Shown here: positions 48,771 to 61,832 of the stretch, in pieces | Layout of the letters: every line of letters begins with the position of its first letter | Position numbering within the stretch: position 1 is the first letter of the stretch | Source: Octopus bimaculoides | Lineage: Eukaryota | Direction of reading: 5' to 3' | Assembly: GCF_001194135.2 (NCBI RefSeq) | Contig: NC_068994.1 | Span: forward strand, 4,684,280 to 4,748,279 | Length of the DNA: 64,000 nucleotides | Program-made: the position numbers and the translations under genes | The notes under the pieces: generated by a model | Seen by the model: the letters and a program-made list of their open reading frames with translations, nothing else | The model's database searches: none | Told to the model about the DNA's origin: nothing

Positions 48771-51700
48771 AGGCTGGGATGGTGGTGGTGGAATGTAGGG
48801 TGAAATAATGGATGGGTAGTAGTCAGAGGATATGGAAGAAGCAATTTGTCACGGTTGGTTTGGTCCAGCATGGTTGAGAGGTCAGAGGTTCTTGTTTCAG
48901 TGCTGCTTTTTAATTTGGGTTGAGGGCACAGAAAGCCAGCAATTGGAGCTCACACACACACACACGCAATCATAGCCATTTAAAAGTACATAGAGAAACA
49001 CGAAAACACGTGTCTACATACACATACATATATACACATATGTACACACACACAAACATTTAAAAACACATATCGACTCACATATCCAGGATTGTACATA
49101 CAACACACCTACATTACACAGCCATGTTACACTCACTCTCCCATACTTCTACCCATCCATACGTGCATCCAGCATACTTATAAACATCAATTCAACCATA
49201 CATACACATCCATCCAGAAAGACAGGCAGACAGACAGAGCTAGCAAGTTATGAATCACTGTTTTATTTTTTTTAATTCTATGGCTCCTCACCCCTTCACA
49301 CCCCTCTTATGTTAACTATGGATTCATCCATCCTCTCGCTATCCTTCAAGCCCCTTCCTATGGCCTTCCTGTCTACAATAAAGGGAATAAGATACTGATC
49401 AAGAGTGGAAAAGGGGAAAAGGGTGTTGGTTTCGCTAGGGATGGCAGAGAGGGATGTAGTGAACAATGGACGGACACACATATACACAGACAGGGGGAGT
49501 AGATAGAGGTGAAAGAAAGAAACTACAGACAACGCTTCCTCCCCGCTGTACACTGCCATTGCTGGATAAGAAAGGAAGGAGGAAGTGCATGAGGAGAAGG
49601 AAGAGGAGAAAATAAGGGTGGACAGGTTGAGATGACAGAAATATATAGAGAGAGGTTTCAGTACGTAAGGCTTAAGTTGTGTATGTATGTATGTATGTGT
49701 GAGAGACAGAGTGTGAGTGAGAGAAAGAGAGAGTGTGTGTGTGTGTTTGTATAACTTTGTGAATAATGTATTATAAATGGGTTAGTATTATTTATAAATA
49801 GATTAATATTGTTTATATAGATATATACAATTTGTACAATTTACAGATATATATAATTAGCTGCAATGTAATTTATTAGGATTAATATGTGCTTGTAAAT
49901 GCCGTATAACACACACACAAACACACACTATTGTGGTACTAGTCAAATATGACAGGGTACGTTTTGTTTCCTTTCAGTAATTCAGCTCTTTGCATCACGC
50001 AAAGTGCCATTTTCTTCTTGTGTTTCATTCTGTCTTCTTTTAGTTATTCTTTTTAACTCAAGCCATATTGTCCTTCTGTCACACTCCATCTCTCTAATTC
50101 CCATTGAGAATTGGCTTTTGGGGAAAATCTTGAACGTCTTTCTTCTCTTCAAAGTTGACCAGTTTCTCCGTAACTCAAAATTTCTTTGTTCCACTTGAAG
50201 TTACCTTTTTTAAACTCATGCACTCTTACTCACCATCACCATCACCATTTAATGTCCATGTATCATGCTGGCACAAGTTGTATGGCTTGACAGGATCTAG
50301 GGGGTCCATGGGCTGCATTGTGCTCTAGCGTCTGGTTTGGTATGGTTTCTATGGCTGGATGCTTTTCCTAATGCAAGCCACGTTAAAGCATGGACAGGGT
50401 CTTTTTTTCATGCCATCAACACTACTGACGTCACCTTGCAGCTTACAAGATTATAACCTCTGAAGCAGGTGAGAGGGACAACCTTATTCTAGGAGAATAA
50501 GGAGTAGAGAAGGATGAGAGAAAAGGGCTGGAGAAGAATGGGTTTCTTGATGTAAGGGAGCTACATGACTACTTCATTATTCACAATCACAACCATATTT
50601 CATTATTTCTTCTCTCTCTCTCTCTCCTCTATCAAAATCACCTACCACCTATTCTCTTCCCGAATACATTTCTTCAATATCATACATACATAATTTTCTC
50701 TCTGTTTTTCTAACATTCATTCACTCTCTACAATTCTTTTATTTTATTTTGTTACTTCTTTCACCCCTCTATTGTATGGGAGCCAGTCAAGTGGCACTGG
50801 CAATGACCATGCTCGAATGGCGCTTTTTACGTGCCACTGGCATGGGAGCCAGTCAGGTAGCACTGGTGTTAAAATCCCCACTGGGGAAGGGTGCGGTAGC
50901 AACCACTTTGAGAACCTATGACTTAGAATAAGATCTATCCTGAGCCCTAGAACTCGTTACGGTTGGGCCTTAATCCAGTTTCCTTGATACATAAATGAAT
51001 GAGATCACCATCCCCTAAGGATGGTGGTCTGTCACAGAGTTAACCTCCCAGCTATAATTTACCGCTGATTGGGCTGGAACAACACGAAATGAAGTGTCTT
51101 GCTCAAGAATACAATGCAAGGTCAGGAATTGAAACCATGGTCTTACAATCCAGTATGCAATATCCAAACCACCAGATGATATGCCTTCACAGTAGGCATC
51201 AGCATCTTTTATATTTTACTTGTTTCAATCATTGACTGTGGCCATGCTGGGGCACCGCCTTCAAGTATTTTTAAGTTGAATGAATCGGCTGCAGTTCTTT
51301 TTTTTTTTAAAGCCAGGTTTTATTCTATCAGTCTGTTTTGTTGAACTGCTAGGTTATGGGGATGTAAACACATTAACACCAATTGTTCGGTGGTGGTGGT
51401 GGTGGTGGGGACAAACACAGACACAAAAACACACAAACATATTATCACCATCATCATCCTCATTTAACGTCCATTCTCCATGCTGGCATGGGTTGGACAG
51501 TTTGACTGGGCTGGCACACTGGAAGGCTGCACGAGACCCCAGTCTCATTTGGCATGGTTTTCTACAGCTGGATGCCTTTCCTAATGCCGTGAGGGTAACG
51601 GGTGCTTTTACGTGCCACTGGCATGGGTGCCATTTGCATGACACTGGGGTGCTATTACGTGCCGAATATATATATATATATATAGATAGATATATGATAG

Positions 51701-51910
51701 GCTTCTTTCAGTTTCTGTCTACAAAGCTTTGGCTGGCCTGAGGCTAAAGTAGAAGACATTTTGCCTAAGGTGCCACACAATGGGATTGAACCCAGAACCA
51801 TGTGGTTGGGAAGCAAACTTCTTACCACATGGTCATGCCTGCACATGTTTAAAGATTACATGCTAAATTTTAGGAAAGTATTGCACTATTTCCATTGTTG
51901 TGCATACAGT

Positions 51911-52212
51911 GAAGACGTGGCTCAGTGGTTAGGGTATTTAGGCCACGATCATAAGGTCGTGAGTTCAATTCTCAGCGACGCGTTGTGTCCTTGAGCAAGA
52001 CACTTTATNNNNNNNNNNCTCAGCGACGCGTTGTGTCCTTGAGCAAGACACTTTATTTCACATTGCTCCAGTCCACTCAGCTGGCAAAAATGAGTAGTAC
52101 CTGTAATTCAAAAGGGCTGGCCTTGTTACACTTTGTGTCAAGCTGAATCTCCCTCCTGAGAACCACATTAAGGGTACTCGTGTCTGTGGAGTGCTCAGCC
52201 ACTTGCAAGTTA
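51911..52212 (+). mobile_element. SINE family E (tRNA-like head + TGTGTCCTTGAGCAAGACAC core), 3' end interrupted by a SINE-B tail
   Basis: A box TGGCTCAGTGGTTAG and B box GAGTTCAATTC. Homologs at 41524-41844 and (3' part only) about 58-240. Confidence 0.75.
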
Positions 52213-53809
52213 ATATATATATATATGTATGTATGTATATATTTGTGTGTGTCCTTTGTGTCTGTGTTTGTACCCATACTGTTGCTTGACAACCGATGTT
52301 GGTATGTTTACGTCCCCCCGTAATTTGGCGGTTCGGCAAAAGAGACTGATAGAATAGAATAAGTCCTTGGGTCAATTTCTTCGTCTAAAAGGCAGTGCTC
52401 CAGCATGGCCACAGTCAAAATAACTGAAACAAATAAAAAAACATCTATGTCATTGGAATCGGTACAAGTTGTGTGTTTAACTCTTCCTGGCACCAACCCA
52501 TAGGAAGATTCTCCTGGATCTAGGATTCAAAAACACACTTCTTTTATAATTTACTTGTTTTAGTCATTGGACTACNNNNNNNNNNNNNNNNNNNNNNNNN
52601 NNNNNNNNNNNNNNNNNNNNNNNNNNNNNNNNNNNNNNNNNNNNNNNNNNNNNNNNNNNNNNNNNNNNNNNNNNNNNNNNNNNNNNNNNNNNNNNNNNNN
52701 NNNNNTGCTAAACCGCTAAGTTATGGGGACATAAACAAACCGACACCAGTTGTCAAGTGGTGGTGGGAGACAAACACACACATAAGTATGTACGTACATA
52801 CACACACTCACACATGCTATTTTTATCTTCTATCCTTTACTTGTTTCACTCATTGGACTGCAGCCATGTGAATAGTTTAATGGTATCGACCACATTCGGA
52901 TGGTGCTTTTTACGTGTCACTGGCACAGGGAGCCAGTCAGACGGCACTGGTATCGGCCACAACTACAATTTCCATTTGATTGTGATTTGATTTGAATTTT
53001 GATTTTTGATTTACTTGACTCAATAAGTTTCCTCAAGCATGGGATGTCACCCGACGATTTAAAGGTACATTTTAAATGGGCTGGTTATGTGACACTGGTG
53101 TAGGCTACGGCTGTGGTGTCTCTCCAAGAGAGAGAGGGAAAAATATTAATGACGATATCATTCTTTGGCTGCCTAGTTGGGGTTACTAGTGTGTCTGTAT
53201 GTATAGGGGTATGCTACATAGGTACGTATACGTGTCTTCGTGTGTTGAAGCATATTTTCTTGTGTCTAGGGAGAGTCATTCTCTTTTAGTGCCTTATAAT
53301 TTAACACACTCACCTGTTCAGTTTCCACTCATTTACTTTTCAGGAAAAATAAATACGTAAATGAAAGGAAATTGAACAGGTGAGTGTGTTAAATTATAAG
53401 GCACTAAAAGAGAATGACTCTCCCCAGACACAACAGAATATATATATATATATATATATATGATTAATGAGAGAGACAGAAGATGGAAGATACGAGAATG
53501 TTTATTGATCACTAGAATTGTTTTGACCTATCTAGCATCAGTTCATCATGGGTGGGATACTGGACATCTGGTTCAGGTGTATCTATCGGTGAAGATGTTT
53601 GTTTTTATGCCAACATTAAACCAAAGCATTGTTCAATACATTTTAGTGGGATACATACATACCAAACTCTTACAAGGAGTGATTTCAAAGTTTTGGCTTG
53701 CCTGCCTTTGTAACAGAGTCTGACAAAGGTAAGATAAGTCAAAACTTCAAAGGTACTGTTAACCTTTACTGAGCGTAAGCTTCATATGTATGTTTGTGTG
53801 TGTATGTAT

Positions 53810-54125
53810 ATATCATCATCATCATCATCATCGTTTAACGTCCACTTTCCATGCTAGCATGGGTTGGACGATTTGACTGAGGACTGGTGAACCAGATGGC
53901 TACACCAGGCTCCAATCTGATCTGGTAGAGTTTCTATAGCTAGATGCCCTTTCTAACGCCAACAACTCCGAGACTGTAGTGGGTGCTTTTACGTGCCACT
54001 GGCACGGAGGCCAGTCAGGCAGTACTGGCAACGGCCACGCTCAAAATGGTGTATTTTACGTGCCACCTGCACAGGAGCCAGTTCAGCGGCACTGGCAAAT
54101 GATCTCACTCGAATGTCTTTTCACG
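53810..54125 (-). mobile_element. RTE 3'-tail copy (family C), representative of many truncated copies ending in (GAT)n
   Basis: (CAT)n-CGTTTAACGTCCACTTTCCATGCTAGCATGGGTTGGACG...TAGATGCCCTTTCTAACGCC. Same tail as 21780-21962. Other copies at about 4590-4720, 10790-10980, 19889-19992, 20270-20480, 50230-50430, 51445-51660, 54185-54360 and 56360-56490. Confidence 0.75.
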
Positions 54126-54615
54126 TGCCATATATATATATATTATTATTATTTATTACTTGTATTATATATATATATCCTCCTCCTCATCATCATATTT
54201 AACGTCTGTTTTCCATGCTAGCATGGGTTGGATGCCTCGACAGAAAATGGCAAAAGCTAGGGGCTGCACCAAGCTCTATTGTCTGTTTTGGCCTGGTTTC
54301 CATGGATGGCTACTCTTCCTAATTACAGGGTGGACTGGATGACGTTTTACCTGGCATCAGCACCAGCAGACTTCTGTCCCTTTCACTAAATTCTACTCAA
54401 AAGCAATGGTTTACTCAGTTTTTGTTGGAACTCATTTACAGCAGAATGGAGAGGAGAGATATGAAATGAAGTGCCTTGCTCAAGAACACAATGCACCACT
54501 CAGACTGGGAATTAAAACCATGCTCTGATAATATTGAGTGTCATATCCTACTCACAAGGTCACATGAGGTAGATAGACAAATAGATATCAAAATTAGATA
54601 GACAGATAGTTAAAT

Positions 54616-54652
<37 letters not shown>

Positions 54653-56510
54653 GAGAGAGAGAGAGAGAGAGAGAGGTCGACAGACAGATAAATAGATAGA
54701 AAGATAGACAGATAGATAGATATAGAAATTAGATAGACAGATAGTTAAATTAGACAGACAGACAGACAGACAGATAGATAGAGAAACAGACAGATGGATG
54801 GTTAGATAGTATCACGACAAACTGCACTATAGAATAAATAACTGTAGGTTAAGCCATGTGGTCAGATAATTTGTAATTCCTGCATTGGTGCCGTGAATGG
54901 TATTGGATTTAAAAAAAATCTATCATCAAATATGCTGTTTGTGAATTAATAACATTAGAAACCAGTTAGATAGACATTGTTACTGTTTGGAGAGTCACTA
55001 TATGTGTTTCCATGGATTCAGCACAAGCCGGTGGTTCCAAGGTGGTTTCAGTTTTTGCAATGAAATACAGTTTGGTTGGTTTTCGTCTGCCTCTGATATA
55101 TATATATTGTTTTTAAACACAGCATGTTCATAAAAGATGTTTATCTCTGGTTGAAATACAATAAGCATGATATAAAAATGGCTGTGTGATAAGAAGTCCC
55201 TAATCCAACCACATGGTTCTGGATGTAGGCCCATAGAGAGGCACCTTGGGCAAGTGTCTCTACTATAGCCCTAGGCCAACCAAAGCTTCATGAATGAATT
55301 TGGCAGACGGAGACTGGTAGACCTATAACATGAATGTATGTGTGTGCATTAGTGTCTCCATGTGTTGACATCATGTGACAGCTGTAAACGAGTGTCACCA
55401 TCACGCAAGCAGTGTCCTTCATCTCCAATCTTCCGTGCGAATATGTCTGGTCACGGAGAAAGGTTACCTTAGATGGGAAACAAGTGGGGGTTGGCAACAG
55501 GAAGGGCATCCAGCCTTAAAAAACCTGCCTCATCAAATTCCATCCAATCCGTACGTGTATGGAAATATGGACGTTAAAGGATGATGGTGATGATGATGAC
55601 GACGATGATGATGATGATATATACTACACTCAAACACATCATTGGAGTTTCCTCAAAGAATGCATCAATGAATGCAGTGCTTAGTTATATTTTTTTATCT
55701 TTTACTTGTTTCAGTCATTTGACAGTGGCCATGCTGGGGCACCACCTTGAAGAGTTTTTAGTAGAATGAATTGAGCATAAACGCACCAACACTTATTGTC
55801 AAGCAGTGGGAGGGGGGAATAAAAGCAGACACAAAGACACACACACACATATATAAATGATGGGCTTCTTTCAGTTTCCGTCTACTGAATCCAGTCACAA
55901 GACTTTGCTCAACACAGGGCTATAGTAGAAGACACTTACTTGTTCAAGGTGCCATGCAGTGGGACTGAACCTGGAACCATGTGGTTGGGAAGCAAACTTC
56001 TTATATATAAATGAATGCTAATAACCAAACTGATTTTCATCACAGAAAAGGGGGAAAAAAGGGGACATAGATGCACTATGTCCCCTACTTTAATTAAATG
56101 GCTACGATTTTTATAATTACATGTTCTGGTTCAAATACTATGAGTCCCTCCTGATACACATATATATTCATATATATATATATATGCATATTCATATTCA
56201 TACGTTTACGTACGCATATATATCAAAGAAGCTGGGGCTAGCAACATGAAGGGTGTGGTAATAAGTAAGGGCTCGCAACAGGAAGGACATCTGGATGTGG
56301 AAAATCTGTCTCATGCAAGCATGGAAAAGTGGACATCAGAGCAATCATCAGCGTCACCATTATCATTTGACATTCATTTTCCATGCTGACATGGGTTGGA
56401 CAGTTTGACAGAAGCTGGCAAAGCTAGGAACTGCACCAGATTCCATTATCTGTTTTGGCTTGGAGATCCCTCTTAATGCCACCCACTTTAAAACAGTGAT
56501 GATATATATA

Positions 56511-56721
56511 CAAAGGGTGCTGAAAAGTTCCTGGCTTTAAAGGTGTTGCAAAACGCCTGGTTGGGGGCTCAACCTTCCAAGTTCTTTTACAGGGCTTAGA
56601 AAAACTGAAGGGCCGCTGCAATAAGTGTGAGAATCTGAGAGAGGAATCTGTTGAATAAAATCATTAACTGATCCTCTTGCATTTCTTTTTACTCAAAGCC
56701 AGGAACTAACAGCAACCCCTC
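56511..56721 (+). mobile_element. Mariner-derived MITE, copy 2
   Basis: Colinear homolog of 19437-19653, with TIRs and TA flanks. Confidence 0.8.
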
Positions 56722-58474
56722 ATATATATGTACACACACACACATATACACAAAATGTCCTCTTTTCCATGCCTACATAGGTCAGATGAAATTTCATTGA
56801 AGTAAATTTTCTAGGGCTGGATATTTTCCCTCACCTGTTCCCAATTAAGGTAATATTTCCCTTGAATCCTTCAAGCATGAATAGCGTAATGGCCAGGCAT
56901 GATTTTACAGATGATTGCAAAAGAACAACGCTAGTCGTACAATAGTAACAGTCATTCCTAACGAGTGTGTGAAGCCAAGACAAGGAGGAACACGCACACG
57001 AGCACACATATCTACACACATACACAGCAAGCTTCTTTCAGTTGCCCATCTACTAAATTCCCCCACAAAACTTTGGTTGGGTCAAAGTTGTAGTAGACAC
57101 CTGCTCAAAGTGCTGCACAGTGAGACTGAACCTGAAACCATGTGGTTGGCAAGTGAACATCTTAACCATTCAGTCATGCACATATATCATCATCATCATT
57201 GTTTAACATCCACTTTTCGATGTTTGCATGGATCGGATGGAATTTGTTAAGATGGATTTTCTACATCCAGATGCCCTTTCTCTTGCCAGTCTTCACCTGT
57301 TTTCAAGGAGGGTAATATTCTCTCATGGCAAGACATGTTTTCATGGCAGACTGGAAACAAAGGACACTGCCTTTATGACAATAACATTTGTTTATGACCA
57401 CCGCATGAAGTTTATAAACGATAGGGAAACTTGGAGAGAGTTTGTGGATGGATGAGTGAATTTGATGTTGCTGAGAGGGGTAATTTATCGACCCCAAAAG
57501 GATGAAAGGCAAAGTCAACCTCAGCAGAATTTGAACTCAGAACATAAAGACAGACTAAACACTGCTAAGCATTTCGCCCGGTGTGCTAACGGTTCTGCCA
57601 GCTCATTGCCTTAGTATTGCCAATACACGCACACAAATCATCATCATTATTCTAACAGCCACTTTTCCATGCTTGCATCGGGGGCAGACAAAACTTGAAG
57701 CAGATTTGCTGTGGCCAGAAGCCCTTCCTGTTGTCAAGCTTCACCTATATCCACATAAGCTAACATTTCTGCCTAGTTCTTACAACAGACAGCTCAATTG
57801 CCAGACATGTTTGCATGGTAGATTGTAGAGAACAATACTATTTGAACGGTGACTTTGTTTTCATGCAGCCTGCAAATGTCGAGAGAGAGGAAACACAGAA
57901 ACAGACACTAGCATGCCTGTAGATACACGTACACACGCGTGCATGCACGCACACACACACATTACAAGCTTCTCACGATTTTCATTATCAACCAAATCCA
58001 TTCCCAAGGCAGTCTCAGGCCATAGTTCAACACACCTACTCACAACACCACACACCTGGACCATGTGGTTTCCAAGTGAATTATTTGGCCAAATAGTCAT
58101 ACCTGTGCTTATTTGAGTGTGTGCATACATATTCATCCATCCATCCATCCATCTATCTATCATATGTATATGTATATGCACACACATACATACAACGGGC
58201 TTCTTTCAGTTTCTGTCTACCAAATTCACTCACAAGGCTTTGGTTACCCCACGGTTATAGTAGAAGACACCAGCCCAAAGTGTCATGCAGTGAGACTGAA
58301 CCTGGAACCATGTGGTTGGGAAGCAATCCTCTTACCACACAACAGCATGTACATATATATATATATATATTCTTTTACTTGTTTCAGTCATTTGACTGTG
58401 GCCATACTGGAGCACCACGTTTTCCCTGGATGAGGAAGTGAAACCCTCTTTCATGAGGCAGTGATGATGATAGT

Positions 58475-58721
58475 CCAGTGACGAGGAAGTGAAAACTGTA
58501 GTGAAGAAGTGGCTCAAAGAACAGTCAACAGAATTTTACGGAGCAGGGATACATGCTCTCATTCGAAGGTAGAACATCGCTATTGAGAGAAACGGTGACT
58601 ATGTTGAGAAGTAGGGATGTGATCCAGAGGACCAGCTTCATTTTGATGTATGATACATGTTCCTGTGTTGGTAATTATAGCTGTCCTAAACAAAATGGCA
58701 TTACTTTGTGACTCACCCTCG
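58475..58721 (+). mobile_element. 3' fragment of another mariner (transposase C-terminus plus right TIR)
   Basis: SSDEEVKTVVKKWLKEQSTEFYGAGIHALIRR*NIAIERNGDYVEK*, followed by TTACTTTGTGACTCACCCTCG-TA. Confidence 0.75.
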
Positions 58722-58840
58722 TATGATCCTATATAATTCTTATATGTTCAGACGAAAGTGTAAGTTGATGAAATTGTTCAGATAACTATCGAAACGATCA
58801 GAACCTTTAATGAATTTATGTCATACCATCATCTTTATTC

Positions 58841-59253
58841 CTTTATCTTTTACTTGTTTCAGTCATTTGACTGTGGCCATGCTGGGGCAATGCCTTTGAT
58901 GGGTTTTAGTTGAACGAATCAACCCAGGACTTACTTTTTAAAGACTAGTACTTATTGGTCACTTATGCTGAACTGTTAAGTTACAGGGACATAAACAAAC
59001 CAACAGCAGTAGTCAGGCGGTGGTGGTGGTGGACAAACACAGGCACAAAGACACCCACATAAATATATATACACATACACACACGTATATACATAACCGG
59101 CTTCTTTCAGTTTCTGTTTACCAAATCCGCTCACAAGGCTTTGGTCAGCCCAGGGTTATATCAGAAGACACTTGGCCATGATGCCACACAATAGGACCGA
59201 ACCTGGAACCATGTAGTTAGGGAGCAAGCTTCTTACCACGCAACTACGCCTGT
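58841..59253 (-). mobile_element. SINE family B, representative full copy (tRNA-like head, CCTTGGGCAAGTGTCTT core, internal (TA/CA)n and (TGG)n)
   Basis: Recurs at about 8040-8430, 17400-17570, 19210-19350, 51210-51840, 52250-52440, 55690-56005, 57020-57180, 57960-58100 and 58190-58345. Confidence 0.78.
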
Positions 59254-60549
59254 GCCAATTTCTGTTTATAAGTGGGAATGGATGCACTCACTGCATGAAA
59301 ATTGCTGTATAGGTTTCAGCTCTTAATAGTATCCACGTCAAACTTCCTCTATTACAAGACCTGATGGACCTAGAAACATATATAAACCTTATCACTTTGG
59401 AGCACCTGTTTCTAATCCTCGCAGCATACCCGAACTCCTGAACTACTCACTTAAAGCAACCACCCTATCTCCTCACAGCAAACTCACTCGTCGTAGAGTT
59501 ATGAAAATAAGCCATTCAATTCACTGTGTAAAGTGGTTAGAATTAGGAAGGACATAGAGCAACGGACACCATACCAAAATCGAGACACTGGAACAATACG
59601 AGGTCCTCCAACCCGTTGGATCCATAAAATCGTCCAAGCCATGCCAGCATGGAAAGTGGATGCAAAACATCTATATCACACACACACGCACACTTCTGAA
59701 TAGTTTGTGTCTACCAAAGGTATTGCTTAATTTGCTCCATACAAGAAAATGCTTTCCCCAATATGTTTCACACTGACAACGAACCCAGAACCATGTAGTT
59801 GCAAAGCGAAATTCTTAACCACACAGCCATGCGTATATCTGTTTGTGTGCGTGTGTGTGTGTTCGTAAGTGTGTATATGTGTGTGCACGCGCGTTATGTT
59901 TATATATATTGAAAGAGACAGATAGAGGTAGAAAGAGAGAGGGTGATAGATGTAAGGTGTATGTCTCCTCTATATGTGTGCGTGCTATGCTTATTTGATG
60001 TACAACGGAGTTGACAAGGAGAGAGAAAGAGTCAGAGATAGCCTGTGATAGAGAAAGAGAAAGGTAGAGTGAGAGAGAGGGGGAAAGAGAAAGGAGACAG
60101 GCGACATCACATACAACATCAACAAAAACCTGCACACATAGGTGTATATGTGTGTGTGTTGTTAGAGAGGGAGGTGGGTTGACATTCTGTCGCCTCTTCT
60201 TAACCCCTTTCCCGACGGCAGTGATGTCAGATACAGGAAGAGGACGACGACACCAAGAAGTAGTAGTGGTAGTCATGACGCTGGGGGGAGGGGAGCGAAA
60301 ACGTGAAGACGAACGAAGAAGCCTTTATGCGGTTAATCAGTCTGCTAGAAATAGTAGCTAAATCTCCCCTTAAATTAATCTATTAACCTCGTTAAAAAGG
60401 ATCATCGAATCATAGATACGCAATACCTGAGAAATGGACAAAATGCCTTTTTATCATAGGTCTGCTTAGTTAGGGAAGACCTGGGGCTGAACAATAACAC
60501 ATACACACAAGCATATAAACACATTAATACATACACATACAAATGTACG

Positions 60550-60580
<31 letters not shown>

Positions 60581-61034
60581 AAATATATATATATATATAT
60601 ATATATGCATGTATGTATACAAACACGCATACATATTATATTTAGTACGTATAGACACAAGGGGACAGGGATAAGGTATATATATGATGATCATGCCGTT
60701 TTCAAGCACATTAGCAGCTTGGGTGGCGAAAAATTAATGTAGACAAGGCAACGAAACCGGTGAGAGCTCTCAGCATGCCGGAAGCTTACCTCCAAATCTT
60801 TAACAACAAACACAATGAGCCAAAGCGGTCACTCGACGCGCTAGAAATAGCAACCAGATCTCACACATCATAACCTTGCTATCTTAGAAGAAAACACCTT
60901 TTGGGGCATCTTTTGGATGCAATGGCTAAGAAAATAAAAGAATGGTCACGGTTGGAAAGCCTTCGATCATAGGTCCAGCTCCAAAAGGGCCAACATGTGA
61001 CTAAACAATACGTATAAAACTACANNNNNNNNNN

Positions 61035-61078
<44 letters not shown>

Positions 61079-61556
61079 TGATAGATAGATAGATATACAA
61101 GCGCGCATCTGGATGTAGAAACGGGATAAAGTACATCAAGAGTTTATTTATTCGCGAGAAGTCTATGGGTCACTCTGTCGCTACTCAGTGTGAACATTCA
61201 GTCGACAAAAGAAGGAGCTTGCCCCCTAAATTCCAGGAGGATTGCGCATAGGAAAACTCTGAGCAGCGACGGAATAAAGCACTGGATTGGAACGAATATG
61301 TGTGTGAGTATATATACATACACAGAGAAACAGCTACATATATATTATATACGTGATCAAATGCGAATACATACAGAAGCATTTTATATATACACATATG
61401 TGGCCGGAGTTTTGAATATATCAGTGAATGGAAAATAAAAGGACGATAAAAACAGAGAGTATGAGACAGAAATATACACACTACACATACATACATACAT
61501 AGAGAGAGAGAGAGAGGGAGAGAAAGATATATGTTTTACATTGTGGGCAAACTCAC

Positions 61557-61774
61557 CAAGGAAGTGTACGTCCAGCTGTCCCGCGAGGCCCGCGCTTGAA
61601 CTTGGATCGGTGAAGTTTACTGACCGACTCGGACATTGTTTGCGAAGGAGTAGACTCCCTGAAGAAGTAAAGATCAAAACAAAACTCTTGTATGGATTCA
61701 TAACTGGAGGGGATCAATGGATGAATGACGTTCAATGAGGAGGAGTAATGTTGTTGTGCAAGAAAATTTGGCTT
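61557..61774 (-). other. Putative exon on the minus strand, possibly an upstream exon of ZNF-C
   Basis: Acceptor CTTTTCAG (AG at 61775-76), donor TTG|GTGAGT (61556-51), unique CpG-containing sequence. Confidence 0.4.
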
Positions 61775-61794
61775 CTGAAAAGCTGCCTTTTAAA

Positions 61795-61832
<38 letters not shown>

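Noticed and set aside
51911-51985. tRNA-like sequences (A/B boxes) here and in other SINE heads
   Set aside because: No complete cloverleaf; they continue into SINE bodies.
51971-52056. Exact 38-bp duplication on both sides of a 10-N gap
   Set aside because: Typical unmerged contig overlap, an assembly artefact.
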